A DNA stretch of 64,000 bases from contig OX597820.1 of NCBI GenBank assembly GCA_951406725.2, forward strand, positions 85,436,001-85,500,000, written 5' to 3'. The notes under the pieces were generated by a model. That model was not told the DNA's origin. It saw nothing but the letters and a program-made list of their open reading frames with translations, and made no database searches. The stretch comes from Octopus vulgaris. Its lineage: Eukaryota. A program made the position numbers and the translations under genes. Below are positions 53,171 to 64,000 of this stretch, one piece after another (the first letter of the stretch is position 1; every line of letters starts with the position of its first letter).

Positions 53171-53789
53171 AATGTACATAGATGTACGTATGTATACATT
53201 TAATTCAGAACCCTTCATACAGACATACATACGTATATATACTTAGATATAGCTATATATGTAACTATCCAGTATTATAATCTATCAAATGCAAGAGCTT
53301 TGTTTTCGAGTTGAAATGAAAAATTTATTATTGAAAAGATTTCGTTTTTGAAGTACAGCACTCGTACCTATATACAATTAATTTATAACACAAATATACA
53401 TAATTCTCTTTCATTCAGTTAATATAGGTAAGACAAAGTTTAGCAGCCATTTCAATGCGACAAAACATGTCTGTCTGAGACTCCTGTTTTATCATTGTAA
53501 TGTATAAGTGGAAATATAAGTGGCTATAATCACAGAAAGTAAATCGAGCATAAATCACTTACTCTGTTTAGAATATAGCATATCAATTTGTACTTATAAT
53601 GCTTATATATTCAAGTGAATTTGGGAAGAGGAACCTTGGAAGACTACCAGATAGATGGAAGAGCATTGTAGAAAATGAAGGAGAGAATATTTTAGATTAA
53701 AAAATGAACTTTGTTTATCTGAAATATGAAGAATAAAAGAAGTATAAAATAACCCCGCGTTATTTATGGGATGAGTAATACATGTGTGG

Positions 53790-53821
<32 letters not shown>

Positions 53822-55944
53822 TTGTCTGTCTATGTGTGCATGTGTGTGTGTGCATGAGTGTGTGTTTGTCTGTCTATGTATGTGTGTGTATTCTCTTCCT
53901 TTTCCTACCTCTCTCACACCAATACACTCACAGATACTCATATATGTGTGTGTGTGCGTGACAGTGTGTGTATGTGTGTTTGTGTGTATGGGTGTGAGAG
54001 AAAGAGAAACACAAAGAGAGAAAGAGAGAGAGAGAGAGAGGGTATACAGGGGTTTTAAGTAATTATTAAAATAATCTAGCCCTAATTTACCATGCTGGCG
54101 GAAGAAACTGCACTCTATTCCGTGTTTTTTAACATCTTTCAATGAAAGGCTGAAGCCAGGAAAAAGATGATGACATTGAAAAATGGAATATTTGAAAAGA
54201 TGAACAAAGTTGTGAAATGTTTTTCAAAATGAACGGTAAGGGCTCTTTTCACGACAAAAGTCAATAACAAATTACTGTAACTGGCTGTGATAAAAAGTAT
54301 GTTGCATTTAAAAGTATAGAGCGGCGAGTCACATACTACAACAGGGAAAAAATATCTTCTTCCTACCTAAGCAAATGCGTTATGGATGCATGAGGACATA
54401 GTAGGAAATTATTACGATGTGAATATCTTTTTTCTGTAACACTGCAAAGTGTGTCTGAGAATTTTATAATTTGTTCGTGAGTTGCGTACTTAAAGATCAA
54501 TATTTTCCATACAGTTTGATGGAAATAGAAATATTTCTACTGCAGCAATTTTTTTTTTATTTTAGTACGATTAAAATTTAATGGTACGATTAGGGAAAAG
54601 TTTCAACTTTCTCAATAAATGTAATAATTTATTTTAATTAAGTGTAATTTTCAATTGAGGAGCGAAAGTGGGAAAACGAATTAAGTGTTAGAAAATTGAA
54701 ACAGTTCGTTGAGTTAACTGACCTTTTTGAAAGTCTTGGGGTCTGAGATAAACATGTATGCATGTATGCAAGTATCATATGTATGTTTGCATGCATGCAT
54801 TTATTGATATACACATATCTATCTACCAATCTATCTATTTATCTAATCTATCTAACTGTCACTCCTCTCTCTCTTTCTCTCTTTCCCTCACAGAGACATG
54901 TATGTATGTATGTATATACAGAAAGAGGAAGCGATGAAGTAAAAGAGCCAAAGAACAAAACAAAAAAATTGCTGAAAAGTAAGATTCACAATATGGCAGC
55001 ACATAGAAAAAAATAATATTCCTATGTCCTCTGAATACTATTCTCAATATTTGATAATCAAAGGACATCGCTGCTCTGTTTTACTTTGTACTTTTATTTT
55101 ATTTTTTACAAATATGACATTATCGCTTTCATTGGTCTTCATTGTTTTCATTATTTTCTTATCTTTTCCATTTTGTCGGTTGATTCATTCGCCGATGGTT
55201 GAATTTTCAGAAAATTTCAGGTGTAAAATAATGGCATAAAAAAGTCTGCCACGCACTATAATTAATACATACATACATACATACATACATACATACATAC
55301 ATACATACATACGTACATACATGCATGCATATATTATATATATATATATGTTACAATCGAAATATGTTACAATCGAAATATGTTACAAAAAGAAAATGGA
55401 AACTACACGTGGAAATGAAAGTAAGAAGAAAAGTAAGTGAAAATGAACATTAGTTGGTTACGTGTTTGTTACTACCATTGTTTCTATTTTGTATTGTTAT
55501 AGCACGGCTACAGTTCACTCTATATTTATCGTCGACAATAACAACCATACTACGATATTGGAAGCGTAAGGATATATAACATATATATGTGTGTGTAAAT
55601 GTGTATGTGTGTAAATATTTATTTATATATATATAGTAACAAAATAATAAATAAAACATATGCATATATACATACATATATGTACGTACCTACATCTATA
55701 TGTATATATACATGCATATATAGGGTACAGGACACAAAAAAACGTCGAACACAATGAGAAATGAAAACATAAACACAAACCCAAGGAAATGGACATTTTT
55801 CTTAAACAACGAAAAAAAAAGAGAGTACAAGACATACAACAAAAAGGAACATTCCCCTTCTTCAGCCGCCTCTGTTTCATCTACTCCGCGTTCTGAAGGT
55901 ATATATATATATATATATATGCATATATATGTGTGTATGTATAT

Positions 55945-56195
55945 ATATTTCGTTTTTGGATTTGTTTTGCAAGATTCTTTATATGATTTCGTGTGTTGAA
56001 GCATATTCTGTTGTGTCTGGGGAGAGTAATTTTCTTATTGTGCCTTATTATGTAACACATTCACCGGTAAAATTTCCACTTTTTTCTTATTTCTATTATC
56101 CTAAAATTTTCGTTGCGTTTTGCAACCTTTTCAATATCTTGACGGTGGGTGTGTTACATTATAAGGCACAAAAATTACTCTCCCCAGGCACAACA

Positions 56196-56196
<1 letters not shown>
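55945..56196. repeat. (TA)n-flanked small element with an internal inverted repeat
   Basis: CTGTTGTGTCTGGGGAGAGTAATTTT...TGTGCCTTAT.ATGTAACAC..TCACCG (56008-56066) is the near reverse complement of 56143-56196. Confidence 0.8.
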
Positions 56197-56235
<39 letters not shown>

Positions 56236-57223
56236 AGTAGACCGTCTGTATGTATATAATCATGGGAGTGTGCATACGGGTCCGTATGTCATTAAATAAT
56301 TTTGTTCAAATTTAGATGTGGGAATATTTAGCAAGAATATGCATTTTCTCCAGTGTGACGTAGGAGATTGTTTTCCTCATTAAACTTTTGTTATTATTTA
56401 AAATATGGATGTACAATTTGATATTACGGTTAATGTTTTTAGCCACGTAGCTATTCTATTTACGGAATTTTGTGGACGGGCAGAAAATGTTTTGGTCTTA
56501 TTAATAGGAGAAAATTCTTAACAAGTTATTTAGATGATTAAAAAATTTTAGGACAAACTTTTTATGACGATTAAAAAAATTTGGTAGAAGTCAGACGAGC
56601 TTTTGATTTAAATTTGAAATTTGTATAAATAAATATTATATTGATACAGATAGCGTGAATAATATTATTGATTTGTTTCTGAACGTTAATATTTAATGCT
56701 AATTTTATGCAAAAGTTTTACTGTCTTTCCAAACTTAATAATTGAAATGGAATTGATGTCACGTGAGATATTTTTACAGAATTTTCCAGCGTAATAATTT
56801 TCTTTGTAGTAATTGCATGATTTACGTTTTTCTCTTTCAAAATGTTTATATGACATTAAGTAAATTAGGACGAGCAAATGAATCTTCGTAAAATAATTTT
56901 TGAAGTTCAGATTCTGTACTATGAAACAGAAACCGGTTTGTGTCTGTAATCATGCGTTCACGTCTGCTTAAAAACTCAGCAACAGGTTTTTACAGGAAAA
57001 GGGATTAAAGCCAGGCTTAGAATTTTAAAATCAGATGAAACTTTTGTAATTTTTCATTATTTACATTTGACGGATATTTGCCATCATCTTGTTTTTTGTT
57101 AACACAAAGTTTCGGCTGACATACCCTCCAGTAGTCATTAGGTGTTTTGGGGAAATTTCGAACCTGGGTTTTCATTCCTAAGGTATTTTTCGATGTTATT
57201 ATTATTATTATTATTATTATTAA

Positions 57224-57295
57224 GGTCACTGTTTGGAATCAAACTCGAAATCTTGAGGTTAGTAGCCTGCGCTTTTAACCACTAAGCCATATGCC
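57224..57295 (-). promoter_or_regulatory. tRNA-derived Pol III promoter cassette (A and B boxes) in the Penelope 3' region
   Basis: Minus: GGCATATGGCTTAGTGGTTAAAAGCGCAGGCTACTAACCTCAAGATTTCGAGTTTGATTCCAAACAGTGACC. A-box TGGCTTAGTGG, anticodon-like loop CTACTAA, B-box-like GAGTTTGATTCC; about 30 nt after the ORF stop. Confidence 0.65.
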
Positions 57296-57875
57296 AGTGA
57301 GCAAATATGGAATGAATTTTAGGGATTATAAGGCTAAAATTGTTCTATCCTTCCTTAATACCGGTTCCCATATTCCACTCATTTCTGCAATTGGTCTGCT
57401 TAGGAGGTTGTTGTTTCCTAGCATATGTGCTGCTTCTTTTAGCTTTCGTATTTCCCAGTGGTGTTCTCTATTATTTTAACTTCATCCCACAGGGGGAGGT
57501 GATCTCCATTTTTCCATACATGATCAGCTATACCCGATTCATCAATACCTCATCTAGTCACAGCTTTGCGATGTTCCTCTACCCTTATTTTGAGGGACAG
57601 CATGCTTCGCCTTCGTACAACCTACCACAGCTGCATGGGATGGTGTATACGCAGTCTTTGGTCATATTCTCTTCTATTGGTAGTTTTACGCGGATATATT
57701 TGCGAACTGTTGTATTACTCTCGAATAGTCTCCTGATGTCATATGGGCCCCATATCTTTTGTATCTTTTCGGAGAGGTCTTTCACATAGGGTAGACAGAC
57801 TGTGGACAGTTTATTAGTTTTTATCCTCTCTTTTCTTCATAATTGGAGTGGGTAGCATGTTTTTAGGGTAGTTGT

Positions 57876-58213
57876 GAAGGCGCATGGCTCAGTGGTTAGA
57901 GCGTCGAGCTTACGATCGTGAGGTTGTGAGCTCGAATCCCGGACCGGGCTGCGTGTTGTGTTCTTGAGCAAGGCACTTTATTTCACGTTGCTCCAGTTCA
58001 CTCAGCTGTAGAAAGGAGTTGCGACGTCACTGGTACCAAGCTGTATCGACCTTTGTCTTTCCCTTGGATAACACTGGTGGCGTGGAGAGGGGAGGCTGGT
58101 ATGCATGGGCGACTGCTGGTCTTCCATAAACAACCTTGCCCGGACTTGTGTCTAGGAGGGTAACTTTCTAGGTGCAATCCCATGGTCATTCATGACCGAA
58201 GGGGGTCTTTACC
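57876..58213 (+). mobile_element. tRNA-derived SINE, family C, inserted into the Penelope ORF
   Basis: GGCGCATGGCTCAGTGGTTAGAGCGTCGAGCTTACGATCGTGAGGTTGTGAGCTCGAATCCCGG head, TTGAGCAAGGCACTT core, TTTACC tail. The Penelope frame rejoins across it (ILGN|NYPK). Confidence 0.9.
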
Positions 58214-58465
58214 TGTTGCCTAATATATTGTTACTGAGCTTGATCATTTCTTCATGGTGTGTATCATGATCGCTACGTATATTCTTTGCTCGCTGCTTTA
58301 GGCACTGAGCAATCTCTCTCTTTAGAGTTTATGGATGGTGGGAATTGAAGTTGAGGTATCGTCCAGTGAAGGTCGGCTTGCGGTATACGACTGTCCTGAA
58401 TCCATATATGGTGCGTGTTATTAATACGCCCATGAATGAGAACTCAGATTCGAAATTTCCCCAAG

Positions 58466-58509
58466 GCACCTGATGAAGGCTGATGGGTATATCAGCTGAA
58501 ACGTTGTGT
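58466..58509 (+). ncRNA. Minimal hammerhead ribozyme motif in the inverted Penelope terminal repeat
   Basis: GCAC-CTGATGA-AGGCTGAT-gggtat-ATCAGCT-GAAA-CG-TT-GTGT, with palindromic AACGTT stem III region. A degenerate sister copy lies on the minus strand at about 57100-57146. Confidence 0.75.
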
Positions 58510-59049
58510 AAACAACAAACTACATGAGGACAAATATCCGTCAAATGTACATAATGTACATAATGTACATAATTCCTCATCTCTTAGACATAGAACTGTG
58601 TTTTTCATTCATTACATGCTAGGCCACTAGTAATGGAACTTTCAAATATTTCTGATTACCTTTTGACATTAATTATTGATAATTTTCTGATAAATTTTCG
58701 GAATGAAAAAGCCCGCATTTTATTTACTGCCGACAAAGAGCTGCGCTGGCTTGGTAGATATGAAAATTTAGAATGTATAAGCACGGGGCATATACTGGAT
58801 TGCCTCGTGTATATATATATATTCAGCCTAAGGTGCACCAACTGAAGAAGGCTTCACCAAGCAAATTATTTTATTCGCTAAAAAAGTCTAAAAACTCTTG
58901 GTCCAAGAGTTAGATGGTAAATGTTTTTAGTTTTCATTTCTTTCGAAATTTTATCCCTAATAGTGGTTTGGAATTTAACTGCCTTCTCTAGCATGCAAGG
59001 AATCCATTGTATTTATATGAAAAACTATATATTCTATTTATTAATTCTA

Positions 59050-59120
<71 letters not shown>

Positions 59121-59125
<5 letters not shown>

Positions 59126-59219
59126 GGTTGGCAACTAAGTTCCCACCGTTTTTTAAAGTTTGGAATTTAATGCGTTTTAAAATTTTGGAATCTACCTTTT
59201 CCGAAAATTCTATTTTTGA

Positions 59220-59222
<3 letters not shown>
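59121..59222 (+). mobile_element. Possible mariner terminal inverted repeat fragment
   Basis: TAGTGGGTTGGCAACTAAGTT directly after a TA tract resembles mariner TIRs; no partner end found. Confidence 0.4.
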
Positions 59223-59263
<41 letters not shown>

Positions 59264-59273
59264 GATGTATTTT

Positions 59274-59523
59274 TGTTATTTTTATTCTTGTTTTTTTTTA
59301 AATAACAAGGTAAATTTTTTATTTTTCAATCCCTTCGAAATTGCTGTAAAAATGTGGCTTTGGTCGTTTTCACTTCTCCTTCTAGCGTGGAAAATTTATC
59401 TGTTAATGTTATTTTTATTCTTGTTTTTTTAAATAACAAAATTTTTTTTAATCCCTTAAATTGCTGTAAAAATGTGGCTTTGGTCGTTTCCTTCTCCTTC
59501 TAGCGTGGAAAATTATCTGTTAA
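59274..59523 (+). repeat. Tandem duplication (about 133 + 117 bp)
   Basis: TGTTATTTTTATTCTTGTTTTTTT...AAATTGCTGTAAAAATGTGGCTTTGGTCGTTT...CTTCTCCTTCTAGCGTGGAAAATT.ATCTGTTAA twice; the second copy differs almost only by deletions. Confidence 0.92.
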
Positions 59524-60766
59524 AGGTAGTTTTGTTTTGTGTTTAAATGTACACTATTTTACATGCATACATATATATATACATACATATATATATATAT
59601 ATATATAATACATATACACACGTCGTTTTTTATTTGTTTTGCATGATTAATGTTTTCACTTCGTGCGTTGAAACAAATCTTGTGTCTAAGAAGGGTCAGT
59701 TAGCCAATAAAATTAAAAATATATAAACGCACTAGTTCAATACCGCTTCTTCACTTTTTCATCAAACGTTTAAGTAACTAACCAACAAAGTAATCGATTG
59801 TTTGTTTACTTCATTAAATTGCTGATTAAACAACCATTCGTTTGTTTGTCAAATTCATTTTGTCGCTATTTGCGACCTTTTCATTGACATAAACTATTTA
59901 TTCAATGCCTGCATTAGGTCCGTCTGAGAATCAGTTTTATACCAAAGCTTATGTGTGTACGTATGTGTATATATAAATGCAGTATTGTTTACCTATGTGC
60001 ATGTATTACTAGTATTCTGTGTGCGGTGAAGCCGTATAGAAATGCATATTTATCCATACACACAAATATACATACCTATATGCATATATGCGTGCTTACA
60101 TACATATATACATACATAAACACATGGACACACATATACATATATACATAAATATTAATATGTATACACACCCACATATATGTTGGTGATAATGTAATAT
60201 TGCATTTGAATAATGCCTAATTTGAAAAAGAGAAAGAGAGATACTTACAGAGAACGAGAATGATACTGAAAACATGAAAAAATTAGATTGTGCTTGGCAA
60301 TCGAATGATACGCATTATATTATCGTAAATGCGTCCATCTGCTCTTCCTTCGTATATCCTTAAATCTATAGCTATCCGTAATATCCTAACTAGAGGCATT
60401 GTTATGACATCTAATTTGCAATAATAATCTTGCAATATGCAAAGCAGCTGAAGCTCTCCAGCTAAATCAGGCTCTTCCCCCAATTTCCTTTACTGTTTAC
60501 TCTGTGTTTCTCTCTCCACACATTCTCTCTAAAATGTGTATGGAAGCTCTAGCATACATATATTATTCAGCACATTAGCTAAAAGAAAATCTTATAGAAA
60601 TATAAACTTGCAAACAGGAATATACAAACAGGTGCACACATCCTACTCTGCCTCCCTCCCTCCACCCCTCTCTCTCTCTCTTTATCTTATATAACATCAT
60701 ACATGTACATGTATATATATAAATATTTAAGGATGTATATATATAGGTATATGTAGATCTATATAT

Positions 60767-60807
<41 letters not shown>

Positions 60808-60874
60808 TATATGTATATATGTATATACATAAATATTTAAGTATATATATATAGGTATATGTAGATATATATAT

Positions 60875-60976
60875 ATAGGTTTGAACATAATGGTTGCTTT
60901 CTCTCAGGCTTACTTACATAAAATACATTTGAACATATACATGCCTATAAAGATATTTGTAATAAGAATATATATG

Positions 60977-61052
<76 letters not shown>

Positions 61053-61154
61053 CATATATATTCTTATTACAAATATCTTTATAGGCATATATATGTTCAA
61101 ATGTATTTTATGTAAGTAAGCCTGAGAGAAAGCAACCATTATGTTCAAACCTAT
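60875..61154. repeat. 280-bp near-perfect palindrome centred on (TA)n
   Basis: Arms are reverse complements with one mismatch seen (TACATGCC vs TATATGCC). The ORF track gives identical 67-aa ORFs on both strands. Confidence 0.95.
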
Positions 61155-61487
61155 TCGAAAATAAGTGTAGCTGCAAAGACATTTCTAAAGTAGAAATCTA
61201 AATAATGAAGATAAATAACATTTAAAACCAAAATGTGCAGATTGTTGAAGACATTTCAATGGTGTTTAGAAAATCGGTTCAGTACATTATATCATGGTTT
61301 TACGTTCAATTAAACGGCAAGCGTTCTAATTAGACCTTACACTTGCAATTCATCGTCAGTGAATTTTGTGGCTAGAAATTCTTCGAAAACTTACAGCAAA
61401 CACACACACACACACATACATATACATAATGTGCGTAGTTGTATATATATATACATACACATTTATATATGTATGTATATGTGTATG

Positions 61488-61526
<39 letters not shown>

Positions 61527-61557
61527 CTATATATGTATATATATATATATATATAAA

Positions 61558-61605
<48 letters not shown>

Positions 61606-61610
<5 letters not shown>

Positions 61611-61747
61611 AAAGAATGGAGTTGAACGACGATTTAACAAAATTCTGAATTCTCGACATATCTTTCGAAGGCTGCATGCAGCCTTCGAAACATATGTCGA
61701 GAATACAGTATTTTGTTAAATCGTCGTTCAACTCCATTCTTTCATTT
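61606..61747. repeat. 142-bp spacerless palindrome containing the 3' half of a hammerhead motif
   Basis: 71-bp arms centred on TGCA|TGCA with 3 mismatches. The right arm reads CCTTC-GAAA-CATAT-GTC-GAGAA. Confidence 0.92.
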
Positions 61748-61916
61748 ATTTGTATCAAAAAAATTGTGTGTATTAAAAAAACACACACATTTCCACACGA
61801 AAGCACGTGATCTCTGCCCTTGGCATGTAGCTTCATCCGTGTTTTTCTGACGTGAATTTGCTACCCAGGTATCGGTTAACCGAATTATCCATACTAAGAT
61901 AATTCATTCAACTACT

Positions 61917-62022
<106 letters not shown>

Positions 62023-62084
62023 AATATGTATACACCAAGTGATTTTTGCATGCGAGCATATTTACGTCCACCATACAAAGTTTT

Positions 62085-62299
62085 GGCTTCAAATTTTGGC
62101 AGAAGACCAACAATGTTGAGGTTTCGGTGTACGTCTATTTCATCAACCTCAACGTACAGGTAGAAATTATTTTATTGATCCTGAAAGGATGAAAGGTAAA
62201 GTCGACCTCGGCACAATTTGGACTTAGAACGAGATAACGGACGAAATGATGCTAAGCATTTTTGCCGGCGTGCTGAAGATTTTGTCAGCTCACCGCCTT
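62085..62299 (-). mobile_element. Family B SINE
   Basis: GAAAGGATGAAAGGTAAAGTCGACCTCGGC..ATTTG..ACGGACGAAATG..GCTAAGCATTT..CCGGCGTGCT..CAGCTCACCGCCTT. Confidence 0.85.
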
Positions 62300-62556
62300 C
62301 ATCTTATCAAATATGAGAAATTCAGAGTCAAGTATTAGAAAATAGGAAGGAAAATTTCAAATCCGAGATGCGAACAACCTGTTTGTCAATATGTCTTAGA
62401 TTCTCTTCAAATAAATTACGTTTATATACGAGATTGGGATGGCTTTTAAAGGGTCAAGTGTTAAAAATTCTATTGAATTCAATAGTAGATGTTTTCTGTC
62501 AAAAAGTCTATTACATTGAAAGGCAGATTACTTTTCTTTTCAGATAATGTTCAGCT

Positions 62557-62623
<67 letters not shown>

Positions 62624-62771
62624 TGTTTGCGCGTGTGCGTGCGTGCACGTGTCCGTGTTGCGATAAAATGCCCGAAACAGTAAATGAAATGGATTTCAGG
62701 ATGGTCGAAAATTCAATTTATAAGGTTTTGAGGAGACATTTTTTATTTCATATTTTGTGTGATGTGTGTGT

Positions 62772-62828
<57 letters not shown>

Positions 62829-62855
62829 TATGTATGTATATATGTATATATATAT

Positions 62856-63035
62856 ATAGTTAATCCAAACATGAAAGCACAAAAAAAAAAACACAACAAC
62901 GCGAGGACGTGGAACAAATATAGTATTATTGGACGCTCTTCGTCGGAAACATAGGAGAAGGAAATATCCAGAAAGAAAAAAAAAAAAATCGCCAACGGTA
63001 CACACGAGGTCACATTTTGAAAAAAAAAAAAAAAA
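62856..63035 (-). mobile_element. (TA)n-flanked PLE-type small element with an internally deleted hammerhead-like motif
   Basis: 62858-62938 matches the insert at 16436-16520 (inverted). Minus strand GTTT-CCGACGA-AGAGC is a hammerhead-core-like 5' half. Confidence 0.5.
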
Positions 63036-63170
63036 AAGAAATATATATATACACACCTGTATATATATATGTATTTATATATATATATGGTTATATATAA
63101 GTATATTTATGTGTGTATATATATATGTATATATATACACATATATATATATATATATATATATATGAGT

Positions 63171-63247
<77 letters not shown>

Positions 63248-64000
63248 TATATACATATGTATATGTTCTATACTTGTTCCAGCTATCTGACTGAGGTTAT
63301 ACTGGGCACCGCTAATGTTAATGTTAATGGTAACCTCAGGGGCTTCTAATGCCCTCCCTCTCTCACCGCATTTCTCTACTATTTTAAAACTAGTTAAGAA
63401 AGCAAAAAATGTCGATCGTTTATATTGTTTATAAATGTTTTAAATGACTATGTGTTTTTACCCCAAGTAGCGATATTTTGACAAGCCCTGAATTTAGATC
63501 GAAATAAATTTATGTGCATCTACTTGCAGCGTCTATGACAACCAAAAGATAGAAAGAAATGAGAATGAAATATATAGATGTATCTACTGGCATTATTAAG
63601 ACAGAAGTATATAAAAAGAAATAATAAAACCCTCACTTAGCGATTCTCCCCTCTTAAGGGATTTTTCTCCTCCTCTTCAATTTCTTACCAAACTATTTCT
63701 CTCTGCCTCTGAAGCTGAAAACAACCTGAGATGGTGGCAGCAGCAACGGCGATCACCAGTCAAATTTCACACGTGTAGCTATACGCGTGTGTGTATGTGT
63801 GTGTGTGTCTACTAGGGTAATGACTACTTGAGTTTTTGTTAGTAAACAATTTCCTTTATCAAATATCGATAAACAATTTCATAGAAGTAGAGAAAATGAA
63901 CCTTAAGTTTTGTTTAAAAAAACGCCATTTCCGACTGAGCAAATCTAACACCGCTTTTGACCCAAATCATGCAAAATTCGGGGGATGGGGGGGGGGGCTC

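Larger units (their letters stand above)
57050..58600 (-). mobile_element. Penelope-like element (RT C-terminus + GIY-YIG) with inverted terminal repeat; interrupted by a SINE
   Basis: Minus: FMGVLITRTIYGFRTVVYRKPTFTGRYLNFNSHHP..NNYPKNML..CLPYVKDLSEKIQKI..CVYTIPCSCGRLYEGE..IRVEEHRK..SGIADHVWK..WDEVKII..RKLKEAAHM, stop at 57328-57326. The 3' repeat 57050-57180 recurs inverted at 58434-58560. Confidence 0.9.

Noticed and set aside
57879-57950. tRNA gene-like sequence (also at 30135, 51208 and 57224)
   Set aside because: Acceptor stems do not pair and each continues into a SINE or PLE body; these are tRNA-derived heads, not tRNA genes.

Overview
AT-rich, microsatellite-saturated animal DNA with no recognisable intact host protein-coding gene. 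The tRNA-headed SINE families and repeat style resemble an Octopus/coleoid cephalopod genome (recognition from memory, not a database result). Most ORFs in the track are microsatellite artefacts. The window is mainly decayed mobile elements: a near-complete CR1-group LINE with a CCCH-finger ORF1 (37573-41280), an RTE copy with a twin-priming 5' inversion, fragments of three restriction-like-endonuclease (RLE) retroelements, two GIY-YIG Penelope-like elements (PLEs), mariner, Helitron, L1/Tx1 and probable LTR remnants, and more than ten SINE copies. The strongest unannotated signal is a set of minimal type I hammerhead ribozyme motifs in at least six unrelated repeat families. Two sit in retrozyme-like tandem units (about 340 and 555 bp). 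One lies just downstream of a tRNA-derived Pol III cassette in a Penelope 3' repeat, and a variant lies behind an RLE domain (Hydra-clade-like PLE). A second recurring signal is fold-back inverted duplication centred on (TA)n tracts. All translations, pairings and coordinates were read by eye, so ends of degraded elements are approximate.
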